A DNA stretch of 64,000 bases from Verrucomicrobiota bacterium. Its GTDB lineage: Bacteria; Verrucomicrobiota; Verrucomicrobiia; Limisphaerales; JADLHS01. Of this stretch, positions 18,313 through 27,517 are shown one piece after another. The position numbers and the translations under genes were made by a program. The DNA is taken from the NCBI GenBank assembly GCA_039806955.1, contig JBDHQI010000015.1, positions 33,437 through 97,436 on the forward strand, read 5' to 3'. The notes beneath the pieces were generated by a model. It was not told where the DNA came from. It ran no database searches and saw only the letters and a program-made list of their open reading frames with translations. Each line of letters begins with the position of its first letter. Within the stretch, counting starts at the first letter, position 1.

Positions 18313-19731
18313 TCAAACGGGATGCGGAAATTCCAAGGTAAACTCGCAATACTTTCCGGCCTCGGAACGCACCGAGATTTTGCCTTCACATTCCTGCATG
18401 ATGCGATAACAAATGCTCAACCCCATGCCCATGCCCTCGCCGACGTCCTTGGTGGTGTAGAACGGGTCAAAGATTTTGTCAATGTGCGCGGTGGGAATGC
18501 CCGGGCCGTTGTCGCGGACAACAAGGTAGCTGGTCTGCGGGGTTTCCCGCGCTTCAATCCAGATCGTGGGCGCTTCGCCATTGGCAAAAGCCTTGTGGCG
18601 CATCGCATCCAGTGAGTTTTGAATCAGGTTCACGAAGACGTGGATCAGTTTATTTTTGTTGGCGCGAACGGACAGGTGATCCGGCAGTTTGAGTTCAATG
18701 GCCGCCTGATCCTTCTTTTCACTGCTCAAAAATCGTAGCGCCGACGTGGCGACCTCTCCGACGTCAACGGTGTCCAAATGGTCGGTGGACGGATGGGTGA
18801 AAACGCGCAAGTCGGAGACGATGTTTTTAACGCGCTCGACGCCCGCTTCAACGTCCTGCAAAATTTCGGTGTATTCCTCCTGTTGTTCCGATGCGACGTG
18901 GCGCGTTTTCTTTTTCAATGTGAACAGACTGGTGGCGACAAAATTCAACGGGTTGTTGATCTCGTGGATAATGCCGGCGCTCATGCGGCCCAACGACGCC
19001 ATTTTTTCCGATTGGATGAGTTGCGATTCGGCTTCGGTCAGTTTTTGGATGGTATCGGCCAGTTCCTTGTTTCGCGCATCGAGCTGCAAATTATTTTGTT
19101 GCAAGGAGCCTTGACTCTCGGACAGTTGGTGTCGCAGCGAAAATTCGTGGAAGCGCGATTTGCTGTGAAAATAACTGCCCGTGACCACAATGATGCCAGT
19201 CAAACTCAGAAAATAAAGGTTGTTTACGAGCGCACCCAAATTTTCATTGGTTGCTGTTTGAAATCCATCATGCGCAAAACTAGCCACCAAGTATAACACA
19301 ATAACCAGCGTTGACGCGGCGAAGCTTTCCCAAAACGTCCAGTGCAACACGAAGGCCAATACGAGCAGCACCAGATTTAATCCAGCATAGTAGGGCGACC
19401 CAGCGCCTTCCGTTTTGGCGATCATCCAAGCGATGAACGAAGTCGGAATCATGAATAGAACAATGCCGAGAAAACGATAGTGACGCCGCCCCAGCTTGGT
19501 CAACAAGACGGCCAGAAAGGCGCCGATCAATACCGAACTAAGCAAGCGCGCTTGTAGAAAATGAAACTGCTCAGCGACGCGGGGATAGACGTAGCGATCC
19601 AGAATGAAACCGGCGGGCATCAAGATCATGCCGAGGACGCAGGCAATCTTGAAGTTGTTGATGGTCTCCTGCTGATCATAAGCGGCGAAGGCTTTTAGCA
19701 GCGATGTGTCGTTTGAGTGTGATTCAGCCAT
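18313..19731 (-). CDS. Polytopic membrane sensor histidine kinase (PhcS-like position)
   Basis: About six hydrophobic helices lie in the first ~200 aa, followed by a coiled coil, H-box MSAGIIHEINNPLNF and HATPase (VRDNGPGIP ... GEGMGMGLSICY). There is a 15-nt gap to the downstream receiver-kinase gene and an 8-nt overlap with the upstream methyltransferase gene. Confidence 0.9.
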   Translation of the reverse strand: MAESHSNDTSLLKAFAAYDQQETINNFKIACVLGMILMPAGFILDRYVYPRVAEQFHFLQARLLSSVLIGAFLAVLLTKLGRRHYRFLGIVLFMIPTSFIAWMIAKTEGAGSPYYAGLNLVLLVLAFVLHWTFWESFAASTLVIVLYLVASFAHDGFQTATNENLGALVNNLYFLSLTGIIVVTGSYFHSKSRFHEFSLRHQLSESQGSLQQNNLQLDARNKELADTIQKLTEAESQLIQSEKMASLGRMSAGIIHEINNPLNFVATSLFTLKKKTRHVASEQQEEYTEILQDVEAGVERVKNIVSDLRVFTHPSTDHLDTVDVGEVATSALRFLSSEKKDQAAIELKLPDHLSVRANKNKLIHVFVNLIQNSLDAMRHKAFANGEAPTIWIEARETPQTSYLVVRDNGPGIPTAHIDKIFDPFYTTKDVGEGMGMGLSICYRIMQECEGKISVRSEAGKYCEFTLEFPHPV

Positions 19732-21151
19732 GAGCGGATTTGCGCACTTCGACGATCAAGTTAACCTCAGTATCATCTCGATAAACGCGGCAATCACTCG
19801 AGAGTGCCTCGGGTGGGATCAAGGCGCGTCCTTGTGTGGTGTCGCGATATATCAAATGCCAGTCCAGCAGAAATTCCAGCATATGCTGGAAAGGTTTGCA
19901 GGCTACAACATTGGTGATCAGCAAAAGCCCGTCCGGCGCGAGCCATCGGTAAAAGATACTCATCAGTTGGCGGCAGGTTTTATCCGTCAGATAATCGAAA
20001 AGTCCGGCACAGTAAATATAATCGTATTGCGCCGTGTCCGTTTGGGTTTGTGCGCGTCCGCTTTCCTTGAAAACCTGTTGGATGGATTTCTTGACGATTT
20101 GAATCCTGGTTTGCCGGGTGTGTTTCTGGCGGGCCTCTTCAAGCCGCTGACCGGTGTGAGCGACGGTTTCGTCGTTGAAGTCCCACAACGTGAATTCCGT
20201 ATGATCGGACAACGCGCTTGCAGCCAGAAAAAGCTCAATTTCATGAGCCGGACCGCAACCCAAATTAAGCACCCGAACAGGACGGCGACGGCGTTCTCCT
20301 CGCAGGGCTTCCTCACCAAGCCGTGTGGTCAGATATTTGATGCGATTCCGATGGGCCTCGGCCGGCCATTGTTGGAGGAACCAACTGTTGAGCACCTGCG
20401 CGTAAAATGAATTCCCCTCCAACGGTTCACGTAGAATCATGTTCACCATTTCATAATCACCCGCGTAGCCCAGCGGTTTGTGAAACGTCCGATAGGCAAA
20501 CGGCGAACACATTACCAACGAGTGTAATTGTTGCCGGACAAAACTCGCGTGCATCGGTCGCAGCGGTTCGCTGATGGTCGCCCCGATTGCCTCAAACCGC
20601 TCGTGCAGTGAGTTGAAGGCGCGGATCATTTTCTCACTGAGGCCGCGTAAATATGCCTGCACCTCGATTGGTTGGTGCGTCGAAGCTTTTAGTTTGAACC
20701 CCAGTTCCAACCGATCCATCCAGCGCGCAAAATCGCGCAAGAACATTTGGATGTCGGTCACGGCGATTTTGAATTCGGGAAAAATGCGATAGGATTTCTG
20801 CCAGGCGCTTAAGAATGCGTCAAAATCCAGATGCTTGCTTTCTTGCCGTGCGTCCACCGCCAACGCTTCTTTAACGAATCCGTTTTCCTCCAATTCGATG
20901 TCGCTTGTCAGCGTCATTCCCGAGCCTACCAACCCCGCAACCGTGCCCCGCCCGATGTAGATTACGGAATCTTCGACGGTGATTTTCAGTTCTGGTAGAA
21001 CCTGGGAAACACGCAGGACAATGGACGGATCGTAAAATTCAGCGACAACACGAAAGCGCGTCAGCCGGGTGGCGGAAGCCGCAAACTCAATTCCATCTGA
21101 AGTTTTGCCGACGACCGCATGCGCTGAAATCTGGTTTGATTCTGTTGGCAT
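19724..21151 (-). CDS. Class I SAM-dependent methyltransferase with N-terminal beta-rich domain (PhcB-like position)
   Basis: SAM motif I VLNLGCGPAHE, DYIYCAGLFDYLTD, LAPDGLLLITN. ATG at 21151 is preferred. The track ORF extends to a TTG at 21235 with no Shine-Dalgarno sequence. Confidence 0.8.
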   Translation of the reverse strand: MPTESNQISAHAVVGKTSDGIEFAASATRLTRFRVVAEFYDPSIVLRVSQVLPELKITVEDSVIYIGRGTVAGLVGSGMTLTSDIELEENGFVKEALAVDARQESKHLDFDAFLSAWQKSYRIFPEFKIAVTDIQMFLRDFARWMDRLELGFKLKASTHQPIEVQAYLRGLSEKMIRAFNSLHERFEAIGATISEPLRPMHASFVRQQLHSLVMCSPFAYRTFHKPLGYAGDYEMVNMILREPLEGNSFYAQVLNSWFLQQWPAEAHRNRIKYLTTRLGEEALRGERRRRPVRVLNLGCGPAHEIELFLAASALSDHTEFTLWDFNDETVAHTGQRLEEARQKHTRQTRIQIVKKSIQQVFKESGRAQTQTDTAQYDYIYCAGLFDYLTDKTCRQLMSIFYRWLAPDGLLLITNVVACKPFQHMLEFLLDWHLIYRDTTQGRALIPPEALSSDCRVYRDDTEVNLIVEVRKSAHG

Positions 21152-21468
21152 TACGTTGAAACCTGCCGGTTGATTTGGCTGCGTGCCCGGCAGCCCTTCC
21201 TGATGACTATCTAACCGAAAATGACCGGCATACAAAGAGATATCAAATCTCGCGCCAATTTTAGCGCAAATACCGAGAACTTCACTTCAACGATGCCGCG
21301 AGCCACTTCGGCGATTTGGTTTCACTGGCATCTGGCCTGCTCTTTTGCTTCAGTCGTTCCAGTTGTGCCAGCCATCCAATAGTGTTGATGGCCGTGGCGG
21401 ATGCCAATGCGAATTCCGTCGACGGGAGAGGATTGCAGATTCAATCTGCGGTAGTAACCCCTGTAAAT

Positions 21469-22815
21469 ATGAACATACTCTTTAACCAAGATCGCCGGCG
21501 GAATCGTGCGGCCTGCCCGTCCTGCTCCCGCGAATACCTGATCGGGTTCGGGCTTCTGCTTTCATGGCTGTTGGCAAGTTCGTCCGTTTCTGAGGGATTT
21601 CGAAATCCGCCGGCCGGCGCCTTTAATTTGGGCCGGGCGGGCGGACGAATTGCCCATGTTCAAGACGCTACCGCCGTAACTCACAACCCGGCTAATCTTG
21701 TTGCCGCAACCAATTATCAAGCCCAGGCGGTTCTGGGTTTGGTTTATATGAAAGTAGCGCATTCCTCAGCGGCCCCCGGACAATCAGCGCAAACAGAAAA
21801 TCCGTGGAAGGTACTACCTGCAGCCTATTTCGCCACGCCGGTGTTGGATGATAAATGCGTATTTGGTTTGGGTCTCACCAGTCCGTACGGATTGAGCGTG
21901 GATTGGAATGAAACTGGTTCAAGCGCCTTTGCCGCGCCGGCTGGAACTTTGCGCTACACCTCTCCGCACTACACCGAGTTGATGACTTTGAATCTTAATC
22001 CAACCGTCGGCATCAAACTGACCGAAAGCATCTCCGTGGGCGTCGGTTTGGACATCATGTGGTCGCGGCTGACATTGAAACAGTTTTATCCGTGGGCAAT
22101 TTTTCCTGGTAGCAGCGGAACGGAACCTGATGGTCTGCTGCGCGGTGAAGGTGATGGCTATGGGCACGGCGGAAATTTGGGCTTCACCTGGAAGATTACG
22201 CCGCGTCAAACCGTCGCGCTTACCTACCGCTCGCAAATGGATGTGGATTTTGATGGAGACACACAACTGAGCAACATCACCCCGACGGCGACTGCCTTTG
22301 GGGTGACCGGACGCAGCTTGTTTGCCTCGCGCCTGGCGTTTCCGAACATCGTAGCCGCAGGTTATGGATTGCAAGTCACCGATCGGCTACGTCTTGAAAC
22401 AGATGTTGAATGGTTGCAATTCTCGCGGTTTAAGCGGTTGCCAATCAACATCGGCAACAACAATATTCTTCTTCCTGCGACCAGCCAAAGCGTTCAAGAG
22501 AATTGGCGCGATACTTTTACCATCGGCATCGCCGGCGATTATCGGCTTTCGGATAATTGGTCCGTTCGCGGTGGATATCAATACTATCAAAGCCCGGTTC
22601 CGGACTCGACTTTCTCGACTACTATTCCTGATGCTAATCAAAATGTGCTGACAGTCGGTCTGTCATATCATTCTGGTGCGCAAGCTGTTGAGCTTGGCTA
22701 CGGGGCGGATTTTTACGATCGCCGTAATTTGGTTGGCAACCAAAATCCTGCTTTTGACGGCAAATATAAAATCACTGTGCATCTGTTTTCCTTGAGCTAT
22801 CAATTGGCGTTCTAA
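21469..22815 (+). CDS. FadL/TodX (OMPP1) family outer-membrane hydrophobic-compound channel
   Basis: The N-terminal conserved stretch after the signal region (FRNPPAGAFNLGRAGGRIAHVQDATAVTHNPANL), alternating beta-strand pattern and C-terminal ...LSYQLAF are typical of FadL-family barrels. ATG 21469 was chosen inside track ORF 21316..22815. Confidence 0.75.
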   Translation: MNILFNQDRRRNRAACPSCSREYLIGFGLLLSWLLASSSVSEGFRNPPAGAFNLGRAGGRIAHVQDATAVTHNPANLVAATNYQAQAVLGLVYMKVAHSSAAPGQSAQTENPWKVLPAAYFATPVLDDKCVFGLGLTSPYGLSVDWNETGSSAFAAPAGTLRYTSPHYTELMTLNLNPTVGIKLTESISVGVGLDIMWSRLTLKQFYPWAIFPGSSGTEPDGLLRGEGDGYGHGGNLGFTWKITPRQTVALTYRSQMDVDFDGDTQLSNITPTATAFGVTGRSLFASRLAFPNIVAAGYGLQVTDRLRLETDVEWLQFSRFKRLPINIGNNNILLPATSQSVQENWRDTFTIGIAGDYRLSDNWSVRGGYQYYQSPVPDSTFSTTIPDANQNVLTVGLSYHSGAQAVELGYGADFYDRRNLVGNQNPAFDGKYKITVHLFSLSYQLAF

Positions 22816-22936
22816 AATTTGCGGGGTGTTGATTCAACTTGAGAAACGGACCGGATTTATCGCAGGCTGTGTCTGCTGTCATTCGGCTAAAATAGCTCAA
22901 AGGGGAGTCGAATGAGTGCAGAAGTAAAACGCGACC

Positions 22937-24034
22937 ATGGCTGCCAGGTGCCAAATTCCGACCGCCAGGCCGGACGGGGAATTTAATCTCGTCACGGCGC
23001 TTCAAGCCTGTCTGTCGCCGGGTAACATCGTTATTGGATCGGCGGGAGAAGTTCTAACCTGCTCTTTGGAGGGCAGTGAATTTCTTAACCGGCTCGTCAC
23101 CCCGGGCATGACGCTTGCCGTACTGCCTGCGGCATTAGCCGATTTGGTCGCCCAGGCAAAAACCGCGCGCGCGACCATCACCGTGCCAGTTTTGAAATTG
23201 CACAATTCGGAGGACGCAGCGCGTCAGTTTCATGCGACTGCCGTTTTTCTCGCTCTCAGTTCTGGAGAATCCATCGTCATCCTCAACTTGACGGATATCA
23301 CCCGATTGGCTCACTGGCAAAAAAACCTCGAACAATTGGATCGGCTCGCCACGACGGGAACCCTGGCCGCCGGCATGGCGCACGAAATCAAGAACGCCTT
23401 CGTAGCGATCAAAACCTTCGTGGACTTGCTCGTCGAGCAGAATAAAAACGCGGAACTGACGGATTTGGTCCAACACGAACTGGCGCGCATCAACGCCATC
23501 GTCCGGCAATTACTCAAGACCGGCCCGGCGACGCCGGAACACGCACCCGTGCGGTTGCACGATGTCCTGGAGCACTCGCTGCTTATGGTGCGGCAGCAAT
23601 TGAGCGACAAACTGATTTCGCTGCATCGCAGCTTTGCGGCCACATCCGATGTAGTACGAGGTGATCCGCACCAGTTGGAGCAGGTGTTCGTCAATTTGTT
23701 GTTGAACGCAGTGGACGCCACGGGAGCGAATGGTTCGCTGACCGTGCAAACGGAATTTCTTGCCGCGACGACCTCGGAAATTTCAGAGCCTAAATTTGCC
23801 GGCCGGCCACTCGTGCGCGTCAGCGTGGCGGATACCGGGACGGGGATCGCTCCCGACACACTGGCGCGAATGTTCGAGCCGTTCTTCACAACCAAGAGCC
23901 ACGGGACGGGGCTGGGCTTGCTCATTTCGCAGCGCATTGTCGAGCAGCATCACGGCGCCATTCACGTCGAGAGCCAACCGAGCAAAGGCACGACCTTTCG
24001 GGTGATCCTGCCGTCCGGGCAACCGCAGGCGTGA
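22937..24034 (+). CDS. Cytoplasmic sensor histidine kinase (PAS-like N-terminus, HisKA, HATPase)
   Basis: H-box LAAGMAHEIKNAFVAIKTF. N/G boxes: NLLLNAVDAT, DTGTGI, FEPFFTTK, GTGLGLLISQ. No TM segment. Confidence 0.88.
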   Translation: MAARCQIPTARPDGEFNLVTALQACLSPGNIVIGSAGEVLTCSLEGSEFLNRLVTPGMTLAVLPAALADLVAQAKTARATITVPVLKLHNSEDAARQFHATAVFLALSSGESIVILNLTDITRLAHWQKNLEQLDRLATTGTLAAGMAHEIKNAFVAIKTFVDLLVEQNKNAELTDLVQHELARINAIVRQLLKTGPATPEHAPVRLHDVLEHSLLMVRQQLSDKLISLHRSFAATSDVVRGDPHQLEQVFVNLLLNAVDATGANGSLTVQTEFLAATTSEISEPKFAGRPLVRVSVADTGTGIAPDTLARMFEPFFTTKSHGTGLGLLISQRIVEQHHGAIHVESQPSKGTTFRVILPSGQPQA

Positions 24035-24040
24035 TCGCTC

Positions 24041-25015
24041 ATGGGCCGTTATCGCCTCGCGCTGGTCAGCGATATTCATTATGCCGGGGTGCGGGAGCAG
24101 GCGGAGGGCGATGATTTTGAATATCGTGATCTCAAAAATCCGCTGCTGCGCTTTCTGATCCGACAATACCGCTGGCACGTCTGGCTGCGTCATCCCCTGC
24201 GGCAGAACGGCCAATTCGATCGGTTTCTGGCGGAAGTTCCTCCGGTGGATTATGCCATCGCCAATGGTGATTATTCCTGTGACACCGGCGCGGTCGGTTT
24301 GAGCGCCGCCGCCGCCCTGGAAAGCGCGCGGGAAAGCGTCGGCAAATTGCGGCAAAAGTTTGATGACCGTTTGCGTCTCAACTACGGCGATCATGAACTC
24401 GGCAAACTGCGACTCGTTGGCGCGGTGGGTGGTATGCGATTGGATAGTTGGCGGCGGGCGCGGGAGGATTTGCAAATGCCGCCGCTTTGGCGGCTGGAGT
24501 TGGGCCGTTACGTCTTGTTTAATTGCGTTTCCTCGTTGATCGCGCTCCCGGCTTTTGGTGCCGACACGCTGCCGAAAGAGCGGGCTGGATGGGAACAGTT
24601 GCGTGCCGAACATTTTGCCCAGGTGCGAGACGCTTTTGCCGGGCTGCAATCGGGGCAACGCGCGCTGTTTTTCTGTCACGACCCGACCGCATTGCCGTAT
24701 CTCTGGCGGGATGAAGTTGTTCGCGCAAAACTTCCGTTTGTTGAACGCACGATCATTGGGCATCTCCACTCGAACTTCTATTTGCGCCTGAGTCGCGCGC
24801 TGGCCGGGATGCCGCCACTCAACTTTTGCGGCCATGCGGTTCGACGTTACAGCCGGGCGCTACGTGAGGCGCGCGGGTGGCGACCCTTCCGCGTATTATT
24901 GTGTCCTTCGCTCGCTGGAATTGAACTGCTCAAAGATGGCGGCTATTTCACGGTGGAGCTTGATGCGGCGGCGACGGTCCCGGCGCGGTTTCAATTTCAT
25001 CCGGTTCCGCGTTAG
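24041..25015 (+). CDS. Calcineurin-like metallophosphoesterase
   Basis: LALVSDIHYAG, ANGDYSCD, YGDHELG, FFCHDP, IIGHLH. It starts 6 nt after the kinase stop. Confidence 0.7.
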   Translation: MGRYRLALVSDIHYAGVREQAEGDDFEYRDLKNPLLRFLIRQYRWHVWLRHPLRQNGQFDRFLAEVPPVDYAIANGDYSCDTGAVGLSAAAALESARESVGKLRQKFDDRLRLNYGDHELGKLRLVGAVGGMRLDSWRRAREDLQMPPLWRLELGRYVLFNCVSSLIALPAFGADTLPKERAGWEQLRAEHFAQVRDAFAGLQSGQRALFFCHDPTALPYLWRDEVVRAKLPFVERTIIGHLHSNFYLRLSRALAGMPPLNFCGHAVRRYSRALREARGWRPFRVLLCPSLAGIELLKDGGYFTVELDAAATVPARFQFHPVPR

Positions 25016-25079
25016 TCGGATTACAGGGCGGGCGCAATCTTGCCATTGCCGTCATTCTGCGGCTTAATGGTTTCCGGAC

Positions 25080-27185
25080 ATGCGTTCAGGAAAACGGAAG
25101 AAGACATCCAATCAACCGGAGTTACCGATTGATGATCGAAAACCAGACAGGAATCTCGGGCCAACCGATGGAAACGGGCACCAACCGCTCGACACCAAAG
25201 CGGTCGAAACGATAACGCATCGTCCGTTTAATCCGAAGCAGGTCGCGGCGGGTTTGCATCGGCGGGTGGATCGTGGCTTTTTGGATTACGCCAGCTACGT
25301 CATCCGCGATCGCGCCATTCCGAATCTGGCGGATGGTTTGAAGCCGGTGCAGCGTCGCATTCTCTGGGCCATGCATCGAACCGACGATGGCCGCTTCACC
25401 AAGGTCGCCAATCTCGTCGGGGACACGATGAAATTTCATCCGCATGGCGATGCGTCCATCGGGGATGCGCTCGTGGTGCTGGCCAACAAGCGGTATCTCA
25501 TCGAAGGCCAGGGTAACTTCGGCAATTTCCACACGGGGGATCCCGCCGCCGCCTCGCGCTACATTGAAGCGCGGCTGACCGGGCTGGCGCGCACGGAGTT
25601 GTTCAACGACGAGATCACCGAGTTGATTCCCAGTTACGACGGACGCAACCAGGAGCCGGTCGCGCTTCCGAGCAAACTGCCGCTTACGCTGATGCTGGGC
25701 GCGGAAGGCATTGCCGTTGGTTTGAGCGCGCGGATTCTGCCGCACAATTTCCCCGAACTGCTCGAAGCGCAGATTGCCATTCTCAAAAACCAGCCCTTCA
25801 AGTGCGTGCCGGATTTTCTGACCGGCGGGTTGATGGATCCGCGCGATTATCAGGATGGCAGGGGCAGCGTGAAAGTGCGGGCGCGCATCAAGTATCGGGA
25901 CGATCACGCCGTCGTGATCACCGAAATTCCGCCGGGGACCACAACGGAATCACTCATCGCTTCCATTGAAGCCGCGTCGCAGAAGGGCAAGTTGAAGGTA
26001 AAAGCCATCAACGATTTCACCTCGGAAAACGTGGAAATTGAAATCAAATGCCCGGCGGGCGTGGATCAGGATCAATTGATGGATGCGCTGTATGCATTCA
26101 CCGATTGCGAGGTGACCATTTCCAGCCGCATCGTGGTCATCCAGGACAATCGCCCGGTCGAACTGACGGTGAGCGAGGTGTTGCGCGCGAACACCGAGCA
26201 ACTGGTGGCGCTCATCAAGCGCGAACTGGAACTGCGCGAGCAAAAACTGCAGGACGAACTGCATTACCGCACGCTGGAACGCATTTTCATCGAGGAACGC
26301 ATCTACAAATTGATCGAAAAATGCAAAACCGCCGAGGCGGTGAAGGCCGCGGTGTACGAGGGCTTCAAGCCGTTCAAGAAGGAATTGTTGCGCGACCTCG
26401 TGGAGGCTGATGTCGAACGGTTGTTACAGGTGCGCATTCGCCGGATTTCGCTCTTCGATATCAACCAGCACCGCCAGGAAATGGAGCGGACCAAGGCGGA
26501 CCTGGCGGAGACGCGGAAGCACCTGAAAAATCTCACCAAGTATGTCATCGGACATCTCGAGGCGTTGCTGGCGAAATATGGACCGCAGTATCCGCGGCTG
26601 ACCACCAAGTCCGCCCGCCACGAGGAGATTGATACCAAGGCGGTCGCCTTCAAGGCGTTCAAGGTCGCATACGACCGTGAGAGCGGTTATGTGGGTTACA
26701 AGGTCAATGGCGAAGAGTTCAAAACGGAGTGTACGAAGTTCGACAAAATCCTCCTCGTGTTCAAGGACGGCACGTACAAAGTCACCGAACTGCCGGAGAA
26801 ATTGTTTGTCGGGCCGGAACTGTTTTACTGCGGTCTGCCGGATCGCGAAGCCGTATTCACCTGCGCTTACACCGATCGCAAGGCGAGTTATCTGAAGCGC
26901 TTCAAGTTCGGCGGCACGATTCTAAACAAAGCGTATCTCTGCATTCCCGAGAAGTCGCGCATCTTGTTCTTTGAACCCGGAACGCCGAAAGTTTTGTACG
27001 TGCGCTACAAGCCCGCCCCGCATCAGAAGATCAATCAACAGACCTGTGATCCATCCCGGATCGAGGCGAAATCGGCCAAGACGCGGGGCCGGCAGATTTC
27101 GATCAAGGACATCAGCAGCGTGACCGCCAAACCCACGCGCGGCTGGGACGAAGCTGCCGCCACGACAGAAATTGTGTTCGCATAA
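25080..27185 (+). CDS. parC: Type IIA DNA topoisomerase subunit A (topoisomerase IV ParC-like)
   Basis: FLDYASYVIRDRAIPNLADGLKPVQRRILWAM, GDTMKFHPHGDASIGDALV, and active-site Tyr context AAASRYIEARL. The 701-aa length with a short C-terminal domain favours ParC over GyrA. Confidence 0.75.
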   Translation: MRSGKRKKTSNQPELPIDDRKPDRNLGPTDGNGHQPLDTKAVETITHRPFNPKQVAAGLHRRVDRGFLDYASYVIRDRAIPNLADGLKPVQRRILWAMHRTDDGRFTKVANLVGDTMKFHPHGDASIGDALVVLANKRYLIEGQGNFGNFHTGDPAAASRYIEARLTGLARTELFNDEITELIPSYDGRNQEPVALPSKLPLTLMLGAEGIAVGLSARILPHNFPELLEAQIAILKNQPFKCVPDFLTGGLMDPRDYQDGRGSVKVRARIKYRDDHAVVITEIPPGTTTESLIASIEAASQKGKLKVKAINDFTSENVEIEIKCPAGVDQDQLMDALYAFTDCEVTISSRIVVIQDNRPVELTVSEVLRANTEQLVALIKRELELREQKLQDELHYRTLERIFIEERIYKLIEKCKTAEAVKAAVYEGFKPFKKELLRDLVEADVERLLQVRIRRISLFDINQHRQEMERTKADLAETRKHLKNLTKYVIGHLEALLAKYGPQYPRLTTKSARHEEIDTKAVAFKAFKVAYDRESGYVGYKVNGEEFKTECTKFDKILLVFKDGTYKVTELPEKLFVGPELFYCGLPDREAVFTCAYTDRKASYLKRFKFGGTILNKAYLCIPEKSRILFFEPGTPKVLYVRYKPAPHQKINQQTCDPSRIEAKSAKTRGRQISIKDISSVTAKPTRGWDEAAATTEIVFA

Positions 27186-27517
27186 AGTTGCCCGCCTCCA
27201 TTGGATCCCTGTTTGAAAACCCTGGAACAGGATTGCGACCAAGTGCAAGCCCATCGTCAGGCTGTCAGGCTGTCGTCAGAAAGGGTCGTGGGCCGGGCCT
27301 TTGTCGCGGCGAGCGTGAACCCAAATGGCGAGCCGGAATTTGTGCGCGGTTAATGCACGGCTTGAGCGAAGGCTTGGGTGTCAAGACACCCATGTCCACC
27401 AGCAGACCTCACCGCGCCACTGATCCGGGTTGGCGCTTGATTGCCTGATCAAAATCTCTTGCGCGCTCATGGGTTGATGGTCGGTCAAACAACACCTTTG
27501 ACAAATGGAACAGAACT

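Noticed and set aside
17497-20410. Plus-strand ORFs 17497..18615 (372 aa), 18778..19296 and 19706..20410 (234 aa) across the Phc-like cassette
   Set aside because: They are antisense to three genes with clear receiver, kinase and methyltransferase motifs. Their translations are featureless.
23783-24835. 350-aa minus-strand ORF spanning the kinase / metallophosphoesterase junction
   Set aside because: It overlaps two well-supported + strand genes and crosses their 6-nt junction. It has no domain signature.
27255-27290. Short tandem repeat gtcaggct gtcaggct gtcgtcag in the parC/moxR convergent spacer
   Set aside because: There are only two and a half units, with no spacer structure. It is too short to be a CRISPR array or a meaningful satellite.
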